64,000 bases of DNA. Origin: Pseudomonadota bacterium (GTDB lineage Bacteria > Bdellovibrionota_B > Oligoflexia > Oligoflexales > CAIYRB01). The stretch covers positions 1 to 64,000 of the forward strand of contig JANOTL010000031.1 in assembly GCA_031416315.1 (NCBI GenBank), in the 5' to 3' direction. The notes under the pieces are model-generated. The model saw only the letters and a list, made by a program, of their open reading frames with translations, did no database searches and was not told the origin of the DNA. Both the position numbers and the translations under genes were made by a program. This document shows, one piece after another, positions 19,497 to 29,510 of the stretch. Each line of letters begins with the position of its first letter. Within the stretch, counting starts at the first letter, position 1.

Positions 19497-20723
19497 TTAC
19501 TCGATCGGACGCAGGGGGATCGACAGCGGGCCGCAAACGCGATGCGGCACCAAAGTCGTGACCAGATCGTGCTCTTTGCTGAGAACGAGTCGATTCGCGG
19601 GCGAATGCACGAGATCGAGCGGCGCGTTGACCGGCGGAACGGCACCCCCGTCGCCGGCGAACCCGGCGAAAAGCAGGGCGGACGGCCCGTACCAGCCGTC
19701 GGCGCCCATAAGCGGCCAGCGCGGAGACGTCGTCGTCGACAGCGGCGCCTCGTCCGCCATGCCGAGAAGGTCGAGGACGGTGAGGATGCGCGCGCGATAC
19801 TCAACCGAAGAGAACTCCCAATCGTCGACGAGGCGACGCTCGAGACGCGGGCCCGAGGCCGAGATCAAGCGCTCGATCCGCGCCTCGGCCGCGTCGCGGA
19901 TCGAGCGACACACCGACGCCACCTGCCCGGGATAACGCTCCCGTGCGGCCTCCTGCATCTCGGGCGGCAGCTTCTCGACGAACGCCTCGCCCAACGTTTG
20001 ATCGACGAGCGCGGCGCGTACGCTCGGAAAGGCGGCGTGAGCGCGCATCTTGCCGAGGAGGAGCCCGACCACCTTCCGATTGAAGTAGAGCCCCATCCGC
20101 CCGTTTGCCGCCTCGAGGCCGCCGTAATCGAATCGATCGACGACGCGGCGGTAGCGGGGATGCGTGGCGAGGCTCTCCCGCAGGCCCGCGATCGCCGCGC
20201 GCTCGAGCTCAACCGAGCCGGCGCCAGTCGTATGCGTCGAAAGGCTGGCGAGAAAACCGGGCCAAATGCCGAAGCCGTCCCAGATCGGCCGCGCCGGCGC
20301 GCCGTGGCACGTGGCGCAGCGCGTCGGGTTCCGCTCCACCGTGGGCTTAGCCGCGCTGAAGAAGAGGCGGTAAAAGTCGAACTCGCCGCCCCGGTCGTCG
20401 AACTCGATCGCCTCGACGCTCTGCCCGTCGCCGCCGACGGCCAGGACGACGTGACGGCGCGGGGTATCGCGCTCGACGGCGTCGGAGTGCAGGATGATCC
20501 GCGGCCGCGCCCAACTCGCTTGCTGCATGCTGCGCGACTTCACGACGAAAGTCGTCGTCGCGAAGTAGCGCTCCGGCAAGGCGTCGAGAAATTCCTCGAC
20601 GCTGTGCAGGGGCGTCGTCCGGAGCATTGCCACGACTTCCGCCATGGAGGGTTCGTCGGCGCGACAAACGCCGGCTTGCAGTCCAAGGACCATGAAAAAG
20701 AGCATACAGGCGCGGTGTTTCAT
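19497..20723 (-). CDS. Hypothetical secreted protein with a single CxxCH heme motif
   Basis: Signal peptide; NPTRCATCHG...RPIWDGFGIWPG. Confidence 0.7.
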   Translation of the reverse strand: MKHRACMLFFMVLGLQAGVCRADEPSMAEVVAMLRTTPLHSVEEFLDALPERYFATTTFVVKSRSMQQASWARPRIILHSDAVERDTPRRHVVLAVGGDGQSVEAIEFDDRGGEFDFYRLFFSAAKPTVERNPTRCATCHGAPARPIWDGFGIWPGFLASLSTHTTGAGSVELERAAIAGLRESLATHPRYRRVVDRFDYGGLEAANGRMGLYFNRKVVGLLLGKMRAHAAFPSVRAALVDQTLGEAFVEKLPPEMQEAARERYPGQVASVCRSIRDAAEARIERLISASGPRLERRLVDDWEFSSVEYRARILTVLDLLGMADEAPLSTTTSPRWPLMGADGWYGPSALLFAGFAGDGGAVPPVNAPLDLVHSPANRLVLSKEHDLVTTLVPHRVCGPLSIPLRPIE

Positions 20724-20786
20724 GCGCCCTTTATACACCCAACTCAGCACTTTGCCTTCACCGAACGCAGCGCCCGAGAGGTCGGC

Positions 20787-21134
20787 TCACCATTCCGCCT
20801 CGCCGAGCGTGTAAACCATGTCCTCGTGCATGGCGCGCAACTCGGTGACGAGCCGCTCGCCTTCCGCAAGGTCCGCATCGTAGTGCTCGCGCGCGATGTC
20901 CTCCGGCAGCGCACCGTAAATGCTAGACGAGGTGAGCGCATAGATGCGGCCACCCTCGTCGTCGTTCTTTCGGAAGGCATCGGCACAGGCGAACGGCTCG
21001 TCGTCACACATCCCGGTCAGGCCGAGGCGGGCGACGATTTCCTTCATCTCGAGGCCGAGCTCGGTGCAGTCGGCGGCGACCATTGGGGCGCCGTCTTCGC
21101 GAGAAATCCTCAGTGAAATGCCGTATTCGCTCAT
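20787..21134 (-). CDS. Hypothetical acidic protein
   Basis: AGGAG RBS; ORF fills the gap between neighbours. Confidence 0.6.
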   Translation of the reverse strand: MSEYGISLRISREDGAPMVAADCTELGLEMKEIVARLGLTGMCDDEPFACADAFRKNDDEGGRIYALTSSSIYGALPEDIAREHYDADLAEGERLVTELRAMHEDMVYTLGEAEW

Positions 21135-21225
21135 GAAATCGACTCCTAGCGCGCTGGGGAGCTTTCATCATATGGTCCCGGTGCCCCGAGCCCCTAGCCC
21201 CGAACCGTCTGCGAGAACCGAATCC

Positions 21226-22656
21226 ATGAGCTTTGAATCCCTCGGCCTTTCCCCCGAGCTCCGCCAGACGGTCAAGGCTCTGGGTTACGCCGCGCCTACA
21301 CCGGTGCAACGCCAGGCGATTCCGAAGATTCTGGCGAAGAGCGATCTCATCGCAATTGCCCAGACCGGCACGGGCAAGACGGCGGCGTTCGCGTTGCCTC
21401 TTCTGCAAAATTTGTTGGCCACGCCCCGTAAGCACGCGACGGCGCCGCGCGCCCTCATCCTCACGCCCACGCGCGAGCTCGCGCTGCAGGTCTACGACGA
21501 CCTCGCGGCCTACGGCAAAGGCACGGGCCTCACTGGGGTCCTCCTACACGGTGGCGTCAGCTACGGTCCGCAGCTGGAGCGGCTCGAGGCCGGCGTCGAC
21601 ATCGTCGTCGCGACACCGGGACGCCTGCGCGACCACATCGAGCAGAAAAACGTCTGGCTCGCCGACCTGGAGATTCTCGTCCTCGACGAGGCCGATCGCA
21701 TGCTGGACATGGGCTTCAGCGAGGATGTCGGCGTCATCATCGGCAAGACGGCGCGGCAGCGCCAGACCCTGCTCTTCTCCGCGACGTTCTCCGACGAGGT
21801 CCGGAAGCTGGCGCAGAAGTATCTGGTGAAGCCCGCCTCGATCGAGTCGACGCCGCAGAAGGTGACGGCGCAAAACGTCGTCCACACGCTCCATCCCGTC
21901 GACCCGGCGCGGAAGCTCGACCTGCTCTTCGAGGTCGTGCACAAGCATCTCACCGAGCAGATCCTCGTCTTCGCCCGGACCAAAGACAAGGTCGACGAGG
22001 TCGCGAAGGACTTGATCTCCCGCGGGCTCGTCGTCATGGCGACGCACGGCGACCGCACGCAGGCGCATCGTACAAAGGCGATGGCGCGCTTCAAGGAGGG
22101 CAAGGTGCAGATCCTCGTCGCGACCGACATCGCGGCGCGAGGGCTCGACACGTCCGACCTTGGCATCGTGGTCAACTACGAGCTGCCGAACGTTCCCGAG
22201 GACTACGTGCATCGCATCGGGCGCACCGGTCGGGCCGGGAAATCAGGGCTCGCGATCTCGCTCGTGACGCAGGGCGAGCTCAGGCTCCTCGCGCCGATCG
22301 AGAAGCTGATCAAATTCAAAATTCCGGTCGTGAAGTTCGAGGGGTTCACGCCGCTCACATTCGCGCCGCTCAAGGCGCGGCCGGCGTCGGCGCCGCTGCC
22401 GCAGGGCGCCAAGCCGAACGACCGCGGCGCCAAGCCGAACGACCGCGGCCCGAAGCCCGGTGATCGCGCCAAGCGCCCGCATGACCGCGCCGCGAAGCCC
22501 CAAGACCGCTCGCCCCGCCCTGGAGCTCGCGCCCCCGCTCGCCCCGGCAGCCGTCCGCCCGCGCCGGGCAAGCGCCCGCCCGCGAAATCCGGGGGACCGC
22601 AAACCGGCGGCTCCAGGCCTGGGAAGAAGCCGGCCGGACCGCCCAAGCGACGCTGA
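21226..22656 (+). CDS. DEAD-box RNA helicase (RhlE-like)
   Basis: Q motif, AQTGTGKT, PTRELA, DEAD, SAT, ARGLD, HRIGRTGRAG. Confidence 0.96.
   Translation: MSFESLGLSPELRQTVKALGYAAPTPVQRQAIPKILAKSDLIAIAQTGTGKTAAFALPLLQNLLATPRKHATAPRALILTPTRELALQVYDDLAAYGKGTGLTGVLLHGGVSYGPQLERLEAGVDIVVATPGRLRDHIEQKNVWLADLEILVLDEADRMLDMGFSEDVGVIIGKTARQRQTLLFSATFSDEVRKLAQKYLVKPASIESTPQKVTAQNVVHTLHPVDPARKLDLLFEVVHKHLTEQILVFARTKDKVDEVAKDLISRGLVVMATHGDRTQAHRTKAMARFKEGKVQILVATDIAARGLDTSDLGIVVNYELPNVPEDYVHRIGRTGRAGKSGLAISLVTQGELRLLAPIEKLIKFKIPVVKFEGFTPLTFAPLKARPASAPLPQGAKPNDRGAKPNDRGPKPGDRAKRPHDRAAKPQDRSPRPGARAPARPGSRPPAPGKRPPAKSGGPQTGGSRPGKKPAGPPKRR
22405..22509 (+). repeat. 21-bp coding tandem repeat (five units, xxKPxDR-like)
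   Basis: GGCGCCAAGCCGAACGACCGC twice exactly, then three degenerate copies. Confidence 0.85.
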
Positions 22657-22686
22657 GAGACGCGCGGGAATCAGTGGGCGAGGACC

Positions 22687-23754
22687 CTAGGTGCGGCGGC
22701 CCGCGGCCCGGGCGCGGGGCTCCGGGGCTAAAGCCACCGGCTGCGTCGCGACGTCGAGCTTGGCCGCCGGTTTCACGGGACCTTTGGCAGCGCCCGCGCG
22801 TTTCACGACCGGCTCCAAGCTGCGTAGCTCGCGGGCCGCGGCGCCGAGGCTTTTCTTCAAGGCCCGAAGGCCCTCGGCCAAGGCCTCGCGCCCAAGCTCG
22901 GCGTATAGCGCGTCGCGCCGCGCGCCGAGCTCAGTCGCGAGCGCCGCGATCTCGGCATGCGGAACGCCCGGAAGCTCGGTGGCAGCGAGTCGACTCACCT
23001 CCTCCGTCAGGACGGAGAGATCGTTCAAGCCGCCGAGCTGCTCCTGCAGCTCCTTCAACTTCGCCAGCGCGGCCGTCACGGCGACGAGGCGCTTGCCGAC
23101 CGCGGCTTGCGCCGGCTCGAGCAGGTAGCGCAAGCGCTTCAAGGCGATCCGCACCCGATGCACGGCCTCGTACGGCTCTTCGGCGGCGACGCCTTTCGCG
23201 CGCTCGTCGAGCTCGCGCTCGTGCTCTAAGAGGCGGTTCCTAAGCTCGCTCGCGAACGAGCTCGTGCCGTCCGATGCGCCCTCGGCGCCGCTCAGTCGAC
23301 GGCGGAAATCACGCTCCAACGCGTAAAACTCCGGCAAAGCGGTGCGCTCGACCGCGGCATAGGCTTCAGCCAAGCCGGCGCCGAGCCAACCGCCCAACGC
23401 GGTCGCGCCGCGGGCCGCCACGGCTCCGAGGTGAGCGCGCTCGCGCGTGAGCCGCTCGATCTCCACCTCGCGATCGCGAGGCGCATTTGTCGCCGTCGCG
23501 ATCTCTTTCAAAGCCCCGCTCGCGCCCTTGGGCCAGCCGCTGCCGAGCAAAGGCTTGAGGGCGCGCCCGAAGGTCCGAAGCTTTCGAATTCGCACGCGAA
23601 AATCATGAAGCGCCTCGCCGTCCACCTCGTATTCGAGGCGCTTGGCCGCGCGCGCCGCATCGAGAAGCAAGGACCAAGCGAGATAGCGAGCCACACGCTC
23701 CGCGGGCCGGGCAAAGAACTCGTCGCCGAGCAATGTGGGATCCGATCGGTTCAT
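22687..23754 (-). CDS. CHAD domain protein
   Basis: EALHDFRVRIRKLR, RDREV, HRVRIALKRLRY, QEQLGGLND. Confidence 0.9.
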   Translation of the reverse strand: MNRSDPTLLGDEFFARPAERVARYLAWSLLLDAARAAKRLEYEVDGEALHDFRVRIRKLRTFGRALKPLLGSGWPKGASGALKEIATATNAPRDREVEIERLTRERAHLGAVAARGATALGGWLGAGLAEAYAAVERTALPEFYALERDFRRRLSGAEGASDGTSSFASELRNRLLEHERELDERAKGVAAEEPYEAVHRVRIALKRLRYLLEPAQAAVGKRLVAVTAALAKLKELQEQLGGLNDLSVLTEEVSRLAATELPGVPHAEIAALATELGARRDALYAELGREALAEGLRALKKSLGAAARELRSLEPVVKRAGAAKGPVKPAAKLDVATQPVALAPEPRARAAGRRT

Positions 23755-24056
23755 CCCACGGATATACCACCGGCTCGGCACGCCCGTCTGCCCCAATGTA
23801 ATCATTTGGAATTTCAGGCAAATTTCGCGGCCAAAGACGACCGTGCGATCGCCCTCGCTACTTAGCCCCAAGAGCGCCGCCTGACCTTCCCGCTCCAGTT
23901 ACGCAACGAGCTGACGGATCTTCGCGTTCGTGGTGCGAGTCCTGCGCGAGAATGCGCCGTCGGTTGCGAGCGCGGCGCGCCAGCCGTTGCGGCGCCAGCT
24001 TTGGCATTGTGGTAAAAATTCAGGACACATGTCAGTTGAATCAGGAGCCTCTGCCA

Positions 24057-24923
24057 GTGGAAACGCGCGTCATTCCAGGGAAGAAAGTCGACCTCGCCGA
24101 CTGGCCGACGGACGGCCGTGACGCGTTCGCGTCGAAAGAAGCGGGGCAGGAGGCGCTCGCCGCATCCATTGAGCGCATGGCGGAGCTTCAATACAAGCTC
24201 TATGCGACGAATGCGCGCTCGCTCTTGATCGTGCTGCAAGGAATGGACGCGTCGGGAAAGGACAGCCTGATCCGCCACGTGATGACCGGCCTGAATCCGC
24301 AGGGGATCGGGGTCTCGAGCTTCAAGACGCCGACTGCCGAAGAGCTCGACCACGACTTCCTTTGGCGCTACCACCGGTCGACCCCGCGCCGCGGCTCCAT
24401 CGCGCTCTTCAATCGCTCGCACTACGAGGACGTCCTCATCACGCGAGTGCATCCAGAGCTCGTCGTCAACGCGCACCCCCCGGGCGTAGCGCGCGTCGGC
24501 GACCTCGACGAGGCTTTCTGGAAGCAGCGTCTGAAGAGCATCGTCGCGTTCGAGCGCCAGCTGGTCGACGGCGGCACCGTCATCTGCAAATTCTATCTAC
24601 ACCTGTCGAAATCGGAGCAGCGGCAGCGCTTTCTCGAGCGGATCGACGAGGCCGAGAAGAACTGGAAATTCTCGACCTCCGACGTCGAAGAGCGCGCCTA
24701 CTGGGACGAGTACAAGCACGCCTACGAGAAGGCGATCGAAGCAACGTCGACTGAGGCGGCGCCGTGGCACATCGTCCCTGCCGACCGCAAATGGGCGACC
24801 CGCGCCATGGTCGCGAAGGTCGTAGTCGACGCGCTTGAGGCGCTCGATCTACAGATTCCGCCGCTTTCGCCCGAGGCCATCGAACGGCTCGAGAGCGCGC
24901 GCCGGAGTCTCGGTCCGGAATGA
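24057..24923 (+). CDS. ppk2: Polyphosphate kinase 2 family protein
   Basis: QGMDASGKD, FKTPT.EE..HDFLWR, FNRSHYEDVL, VPADRKW. Confidence 0.95.
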   Translation: METRVIPGKKVDLADWPTDGRDAFASKEAGQEALAASIERMAELQYKLYATNARSLLIVLQGMDASGKDSLIRHVMTGLNPQGIGVSSFKTPTAEELDHDFLWRYHRSTPRRGSIALFNRSHYEDVLITRVHPELVVNAHPPGVARVGDLDEAFWKQRLKSIVAFERQLVDGGTVICKFYLHLSKSEQRQRFLERIDEAEKNWKFSTSDVEERAYWDEYKHAYEKAIEATSTEAAPWHIVPADRKWATRAMVAKVVVDALEALDLQIPPLSPEAIERLESARRSLGPE

Positions 24924-26107
24924 GTGCCGCGCCTCTTGTCCTTGGGCTCGCGCCGATGGAAGGCGTCACGTCGTTCGCGGCGCGGCTCTTCTTCCGCCTC
25001 GCGAGTGCGCCCGTTAGCCTGGCGACGCCTTTTCTGCGCGTCACGAAGACGTTCCCGCCGCGCGTTTGGCCGGAGGACTTCGCGCCGGAGCTGACGCTGG
25101 CAGCCCGCGGCATACCCGGCGTCTTGCCGCCCGTCGTGCAACTGATGGCGGCCTGCGTCGACGATTTTTTGCGCGCCGCGGCGCTCCTGCCCCGGGATGC
25201 GGTGCCCTTCGTCGAGCTGAACGCCGGCTGCCCGTCGCCCGTCTGCGTCGGCAAAGGTGCCGGCAGCAGCATGCTGAAAGATCCGAACGAGCTCGCCCGG
25301 ACCATCGAAAAGCTGGTGCGCGAGCTCGGTCCGGGGCGGTTCGCCTTGAAGATGCGGACGGGATTTGCTGAGCACGCGGAGTTTCCCGCGCTCCTCGCCG
25401 GCGTTGCGACGCTGCCTTTGGCGCGCTTGACCGTGCACGGCCGCACGCGCCCCCAAGGCTACAAGGGTCGCGCGCGATGGGACCTGATCGCTACGGCTGC
25501 CAAAGCAGCCGTCGCACCGGTCTTCGCTTCGGGAGACGTCGTCGACCATGCGTCGTACGTGACGTTGCGCCGTGAGGCACCCGGGATCTCCGGCGCGCTC
25601 GTCGGCCGGGGCGCGCTGCGCAATCCTTGGGTCTTCCAAGAGCTCGAGACGGGAGAAGCCGTCTGTCTGCCGCGCCGCGCGCTGACGGAGGCGCTCGTCG
25701 CCTTCGCGCTCTTGCAAGACCTCGAGCACGATCACCGCGAGATCTTATTCGGCCTCGCCGAGCGCGGCCTTGGCACGGTTTGCGCCGGAACGGACGCGGA
25801 GCGTTGGGCCGAGGTGGTCGATCTTCTCTCGTCTCTCCATCCGAGCGGGCCTTGGCCGCGCAATGCGCTGGAGCGTGCCGCCGCCTACCCGCTCGACCGC
25901 ACGACGATCGGTCGCGCGAAAATGCTTTGGAGCTACCTCCGTAGCAGCCTTCCCGCCGCGTTCTTTTCCCCCGAGACGATGCGGGCCAAGACGGTGGGGG
26001 AGCTGATCTTTAGGATCGACGCCCTCGCCGCTTCTACGGGTGCGTCCATTTTCACGATGCGGCACGACCCCGCGATCGACTGGCTTTACGCCGGCGGCAA
26101 GCGGTAA
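24920..26107 (+). CDS. tRNA-dihydrouridine synthase family protein
   Basis: LAPMEGVT, ELNAGCP, KMRTG, TVHGRT, GRGALRNPW. Confidence 0.9.
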   Translation: MSAAPLVLGLAPMEGVTSFAARLFFRLASAPVSLATPFLRVTKTFPPRVWPEDFAPELTLAARGIPGVLPPVVQLMAACVDDFLRAAALLPRDAVPFVELNAGCPSPVCVGKGAGSSMLKDPNELARTIEKLVRELGPGRFALKMRTGFAEHAEFPALLAGVATLPLARLTVHGRTRPQGYKGRARWDLIATAAKAAVAPVFASGDVVDHASYVTLRREAPGISGALVGRGALRNPWVFQELETGEAVCLPRRALTEALVAFALLQDLEHDHREILFGLAERGLGTVCAGTDAERWAEVVDLLSSLHPSGPWPRNALERAAAYPLDRTTIGRAKMLWSYLRSSLPAAFFSPETMRAKTVGELIFRIDALAASTGASIFTMRHDPAIDWLYAGGKR

Positions 26108-26697
26108 CGGACGAGCAGAAACCGTGTCCACCCGGCGAGGAGGAAGAGCACCATCCAGGTCAGGAGCATCGCGCCCACCGGTCTCTGCGCGGTGCGCGCG
26201 AGCTCCACGAGCAGCGGGAAATTGTAGAGCCCGTGCGCTAGGACCGGCACGAAGAACGCCTTGAGCCGCGCGACGGCGCTCTTGGTCTCGTGCGCCGCCC
26301 AAAGATAGTGGGCCATCAAGGCGCCGAGGAAGAGGTGGCAGGGGATCGCCGTGAAAATCCGCATCAAACCGACGTGCGGACCGACGCGGAGCGCGTAGAT
26401 CACGGTCTCGATCAGGGCGAAGCCCAGGCCGACGCCCGCGCCGATCGCCATGGTCGGGACCGCGCCGCGGCGGATCGCGCGGCGTCCGGGGCTCGAACGC
26501 AGGACGAGGAGCAGGGCGACGAGCTTGAAGAGCTCCTCGGGCAAAGCCGCATTGACGAAGGCGCGGAAGAAGGCCTCGCCGAAGCGCCCGGGAAAATGCC
26601 CGGCCAAAGTCGCGATCGGCTCGCCCAGCGCCAGGACTGGTAGGGCCACGAGGGCGCCCGCGGCGAGCGAGACGGCGAAGCCGGGGGCGCCGCTCAT
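26086..26697 (-). CDS. PrsW family intramembrane metalloprotease
   Basis: PEELFK, GFALIE, PCH, HGLYN. Confidence 0.88.
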   Translation of the reverse strand: MSGAPGFAVSLAAGALVALPVLALGEPIATLAGHFPGRFGEAFFRAFVNAALPEELFKLVALLLVLRSSPGRRAIRRGAVPTMAIGAGVGLGFALIETVIYALRVGPHVGLMRIFTAIPCHLFLGALMAHYLWAAHETKSAVARLKAFFVPVLAHGLYNFPLLVELARTAQRPVGAMLLTWMVLFLLAGWTRFLLVRYRLPPA

Positions 26698-27452
26698 TGG
26701 CTCAGATCCCAGGTGTGCGTACCCCCGCGCCCATTGAGCTTCAGCGCCTTGAAGCGTTGGCGCCGGCTCCCCGCGCCCTCGAGCCCGTTGCAGTCCTTTT
26801 GCCGCACAACGAAGCCCGCATGCTTGGCGATGCAGAACTCCATGCCGCTCACGTCGTCACCCCAGCGGGCGGAGCCGTCCTTCGTCTCGGCATAGACGTA
26901 GATCGGCGGCTTCAGATTCTTCACCGCCAGCTGGCATTCGCCCTGCGCCTGCGGAAACCAGCCCCGAGCGACCCAGTCGTCGCGCAGGTCGTCGTAATAC
27001 GCGACGGCGGCGAAGACACGCGCATCTTCGGTGTTGTTGCAGATCTCGACCGCATAGGACTCGCCGGCGCCGATGAGCTTCGCCTCCTGCGCCGTCTCGC
27101 CGGCGAGGTCATGGCCAAAATACACGAGAAAACAAAGGATAACGCCGCCCAAAAGGACCAGGGGCAACGCGTCGGAGACGACCCAGACGCGACCTTTCGG
27201 GGCGCCCCCGCCGCTATCGGCGGAGACCTCGAGGACGAAGAGGCCGGGGACGGCGCGTGCGTCGACCCACTCGGGAAAGCTCGCGTTCCAGACGCGGTCG
27301 TGCGGCCGGATCTCGCCCGAACGCGTCTTCTCGACCAGCTCCGCGCGCGACAGCGGGCCGAGCGTGACGCCGTCGCGTGCGCTATACCAGCGCTCGCGCG
27401 GCTCGCTCGGGGTCTCGGTCGGAAGGCGCTCGGGAGCGTTAGCGTCGGCCAC
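26694..27452 (-). CDS. GYF_2 domain + TM + DUF1036-like domain protein
   Basis: WY...G...GP...VW...W N-terminus, one TM, ICNNT...AVAY...ARGW...C...W C-terminus. Confidence 0.8.
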   Translation of the reverse strand: MADANAPERLPTETPSEPRERWYSARDGVTLGPLSRAELVEKTRSGEIRPHDRVWNASFPEWVDARAVPGLFVLEVSADSGGGAPKGRVWVVSDALPLVLLGGVILCFLVYFGHDLAGETAQEAKLIGAGESYAVEICNNTEDARVFAAVAYYDDLRDDWVARGWFPQAQGECQLAVKNLKPPIYVYAETKDGSARWGDDVSGMEFCIAKHAGFVVRQKDCNGLEGAGSRRQRFKALKLNGRGGTHTWDLSQ

Positions 27453-27718
27453 AGTGATTCTCCAGGACTTCTGGAGGCTTTTTCGGCGCGGCCCAGGGGA
27501 GGTTGAGGAAAGCTCGCAAAGGCGTATGGAATCAGACGCAGTTTCGGGCGCTTAGACGGTCACGGCGCGCGCTCCGGAGCCACGCCCGTGTCCTCGAGGG
27601 CACAGGCAAGCGCGCGATTTCGGCGCGATTTGCGGTGAAATTACGGCGCAATTGCCGGGGCCTCGGATTTGCAATGACGCCTTGGTACCGGCCGCTCATG
27701 CACTTCGGAGACGCCCGC

Positions 27719-28501
27719 ATGCTCAAGACCGCAGCCCTCGGCCTCGCGCTCCTCGTCACAGCTCCCGCGCTCGCCGACGGAGCGGCCGGCCAGACGGCGA
27801 CAAGGGCGGGGCGCGCCTACTTCGGCTTCGGCGCCGGCGGCGGCTCGATCGCCTCGCGCACCCTCCTCGACTCAAAGGCGGAGCGTGCCGGAAAGACCGG
27901 CTTCGCCGCCGGCGTCGGCGAGCTCAGCTGCGGCTACCACTTCTCCGAACGCTTTTCCCTCGGCCTCGTCGGCCAGTCGCTGGAGTTCGCGCCCTTTGCG
28001 AAAGACGATTCCAGCTCGGCGCCGACCTGGAGCGGCGGCGCCGGCGGCGTCCTGCTTACGGCGGCGTCTCACCGCGTCTTCGTTCGCACCGGCATCCTCC
28101 TCGGCAGCGTCGAGGAAAGCCGCCACGCCGGCCGCGCGCGCTCCGAGCGCGGCACCGAGACGACGAACCGCGAAGGCTTCGTCGGTGGTCGCGCCGAGCT
28201 CGGGGTCACGCTTGTCCGCACCGAGCGCCTCGACGTGACGCTGGCCGGCGGCGTTCAGCCGATGCTGCTCGAGCAGTCGCCCGGCGCCGGCCTCGACCGC
28301 CGCCTTTATTTCTCGCGCGCCAGCCTCGAGCTCAGCTTCCATCCGGACGGCTCCGGCAGCACCGCGCCTCGAGGATACTACGCTTGGAATTGCTATGGCT
28401 GTGGCGACGGCCTCTACTACGCCGGCCGCGGCTTGGTCGAGCTGGGGTCCATCCTCGGACGCGCGACCGCCAACGGGATCTTTAGAGTTCTCGTGCGCTG
28501 A
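27719..28501 (+). CDS. Hypothetical outer-membrane beta-barrel-like protein
   Basis: Signal peptide, alternating Gly/aromatic strands, CYGC in the tail. Confidence 0.65.
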   Translation: MLKTAALGLALLVTAPALADGAAGQTATRAGRAYFGFGAGGGSIASRTLLDSKAERAGKTGFAAGVGELSCGYHFSERFSLGLVGQSLEFAPFAKDDSSSAPTWSGGAGGVLLTAASHRVFVRTGILLGSVEESRHAGRARSERGTETTNREGFVGGRAELGVTLVRTERLDVTLAGGVQPMLLEQSPGAGLDRRLYFSRASLELSFHPDGSGSTAPRGYYAWNCYGCGDGLYYAGRGLVELGSILGRATANGIFRVLVR

Positions 28502-28509
28502 TCTATGCT

Positions 28510-29454
28510 TTGCTCCAGCTGGTAGGCGCAACCGCTGGAGGAATCGCGATGGTGCTGACGCTTTCCGCAGGAGACGCGCGCGCCACGGTCTTGCCCGAGC
28601 GCGGTGGCCTGGTGAGCGCGCTCTCTCTGAGGCCTTTGCGCGGAGGCTCTGCCCGCGAGATCTTGTGGACGGCGGCCGAGCTCGGGCTCGACGAGAGCGG
28701 ATGGCCGGGTGGCGGACTACCGGTGCTTTTCCCGTTCGCGGGGCGCGTTTTTCACGAAGGGCGGCCGCTGTGCTACGAGCTCGGCGGGGTCGAACGCAGC
28801 ATGCCGATCCACGGCTTCGCTTACGGCATGCCGTGGGAGATCGCGGCGCAAAGCGCGGATTCGGCGCGGCTCAGCTTGCGGCCGACGGCGGCGACGTTGC
28901 GGCTCTTTCCGTTCGCGTTCGAGGTCGAGCTCGAGCTCGAGCTCAGCGCTTCCGCGCTTCGCGTCGTCCTCACGGCGAAGCACGCGGCGAGTGCGCCTCG
29001 AGGTGTACGAATGCCGGTGGCGATGGGCCTGCATCCCTACTTTCGCGCGCCGCTGGCGACGGGAGCCTTGAGCGACGTCCGCCTTTTGACGAGCGCGTGT
29101 ACGAAGGTCGCCGTGACGAACGCGGGGGCTGCAGGGCGAGCCAGCCCTCTCGGATACGCGGATGCGACGGAGCGCGGCATCGCGTTGTCGGAAACGGAGA
29201 CCAGGAGCCTGATTCTGGTTGACCACGCGGCGCCAGCAGCGGCGCTAAGGGACGCGGGGCCTGATCAGCTGGAATTGGCTTGGGGCGGGGATTTCAAGAC
29301 ACTGGTTCTATGGCGTCAGGAAGGTGCCGGGTTTCAGTGCGTGGAGCCCTGGATGGGGCTGCCCGATGCCGTTGGCGCAGGGGCGGCGGGTGGGACGCGG
29401 TGGCTGGAGCCTGGGGAAAGTGCCTGGGGAGAGTTCAGGATCGTACTTGCGTGA
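28510..29454 (+). CDS. Aldose 1-epimerase / galactose mutarotase family
   Basis: GGLPVLFPFAGR, IHGFA, GLHPYF, CVEPW. Confidence 0.88.
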   Translation: MLQLVGATAGGIAMVLTLSAGDARATVLPERGGLVSALSLRPLRGGSAREILWTAAELGLDESGWPGGGLPVLFPFAGRVFHEGRPLCYELGGVERSMPIHGFAYGMPWEIAAQSADSARLSLRPTAATLRLFPFAFEVELELELSASALRVVLTAKHAASAPRGVRMPVAMGLHPYFRAPLATGALSDVRLLTSACTKVAVTNAGAAGRASPLGYADATERGIALSETETRSLILVDHAAPAAALRDAGPDQLELAWGGDFKTLVLWRQEGAGFQCVEPWMGLPDAVGAGAAGGTRWLEPGESAWGEFRIVLA

Positions 29455-29510
29455 GGTGGGGACAAGCGGGAGCGGGGATGGCGCGGGCCACATGCATTTT
29501 CGGGAGCAAT

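Noticed and set aside
19428..21116. 562-aa + strand ORF and similar long Arg/Ala-rich ORFs (e.g. 30359-32098, 49031-50563)
   Set aside because: Antisense or off-frame shadows of better-supported genes, as expected in high-GC DNA.
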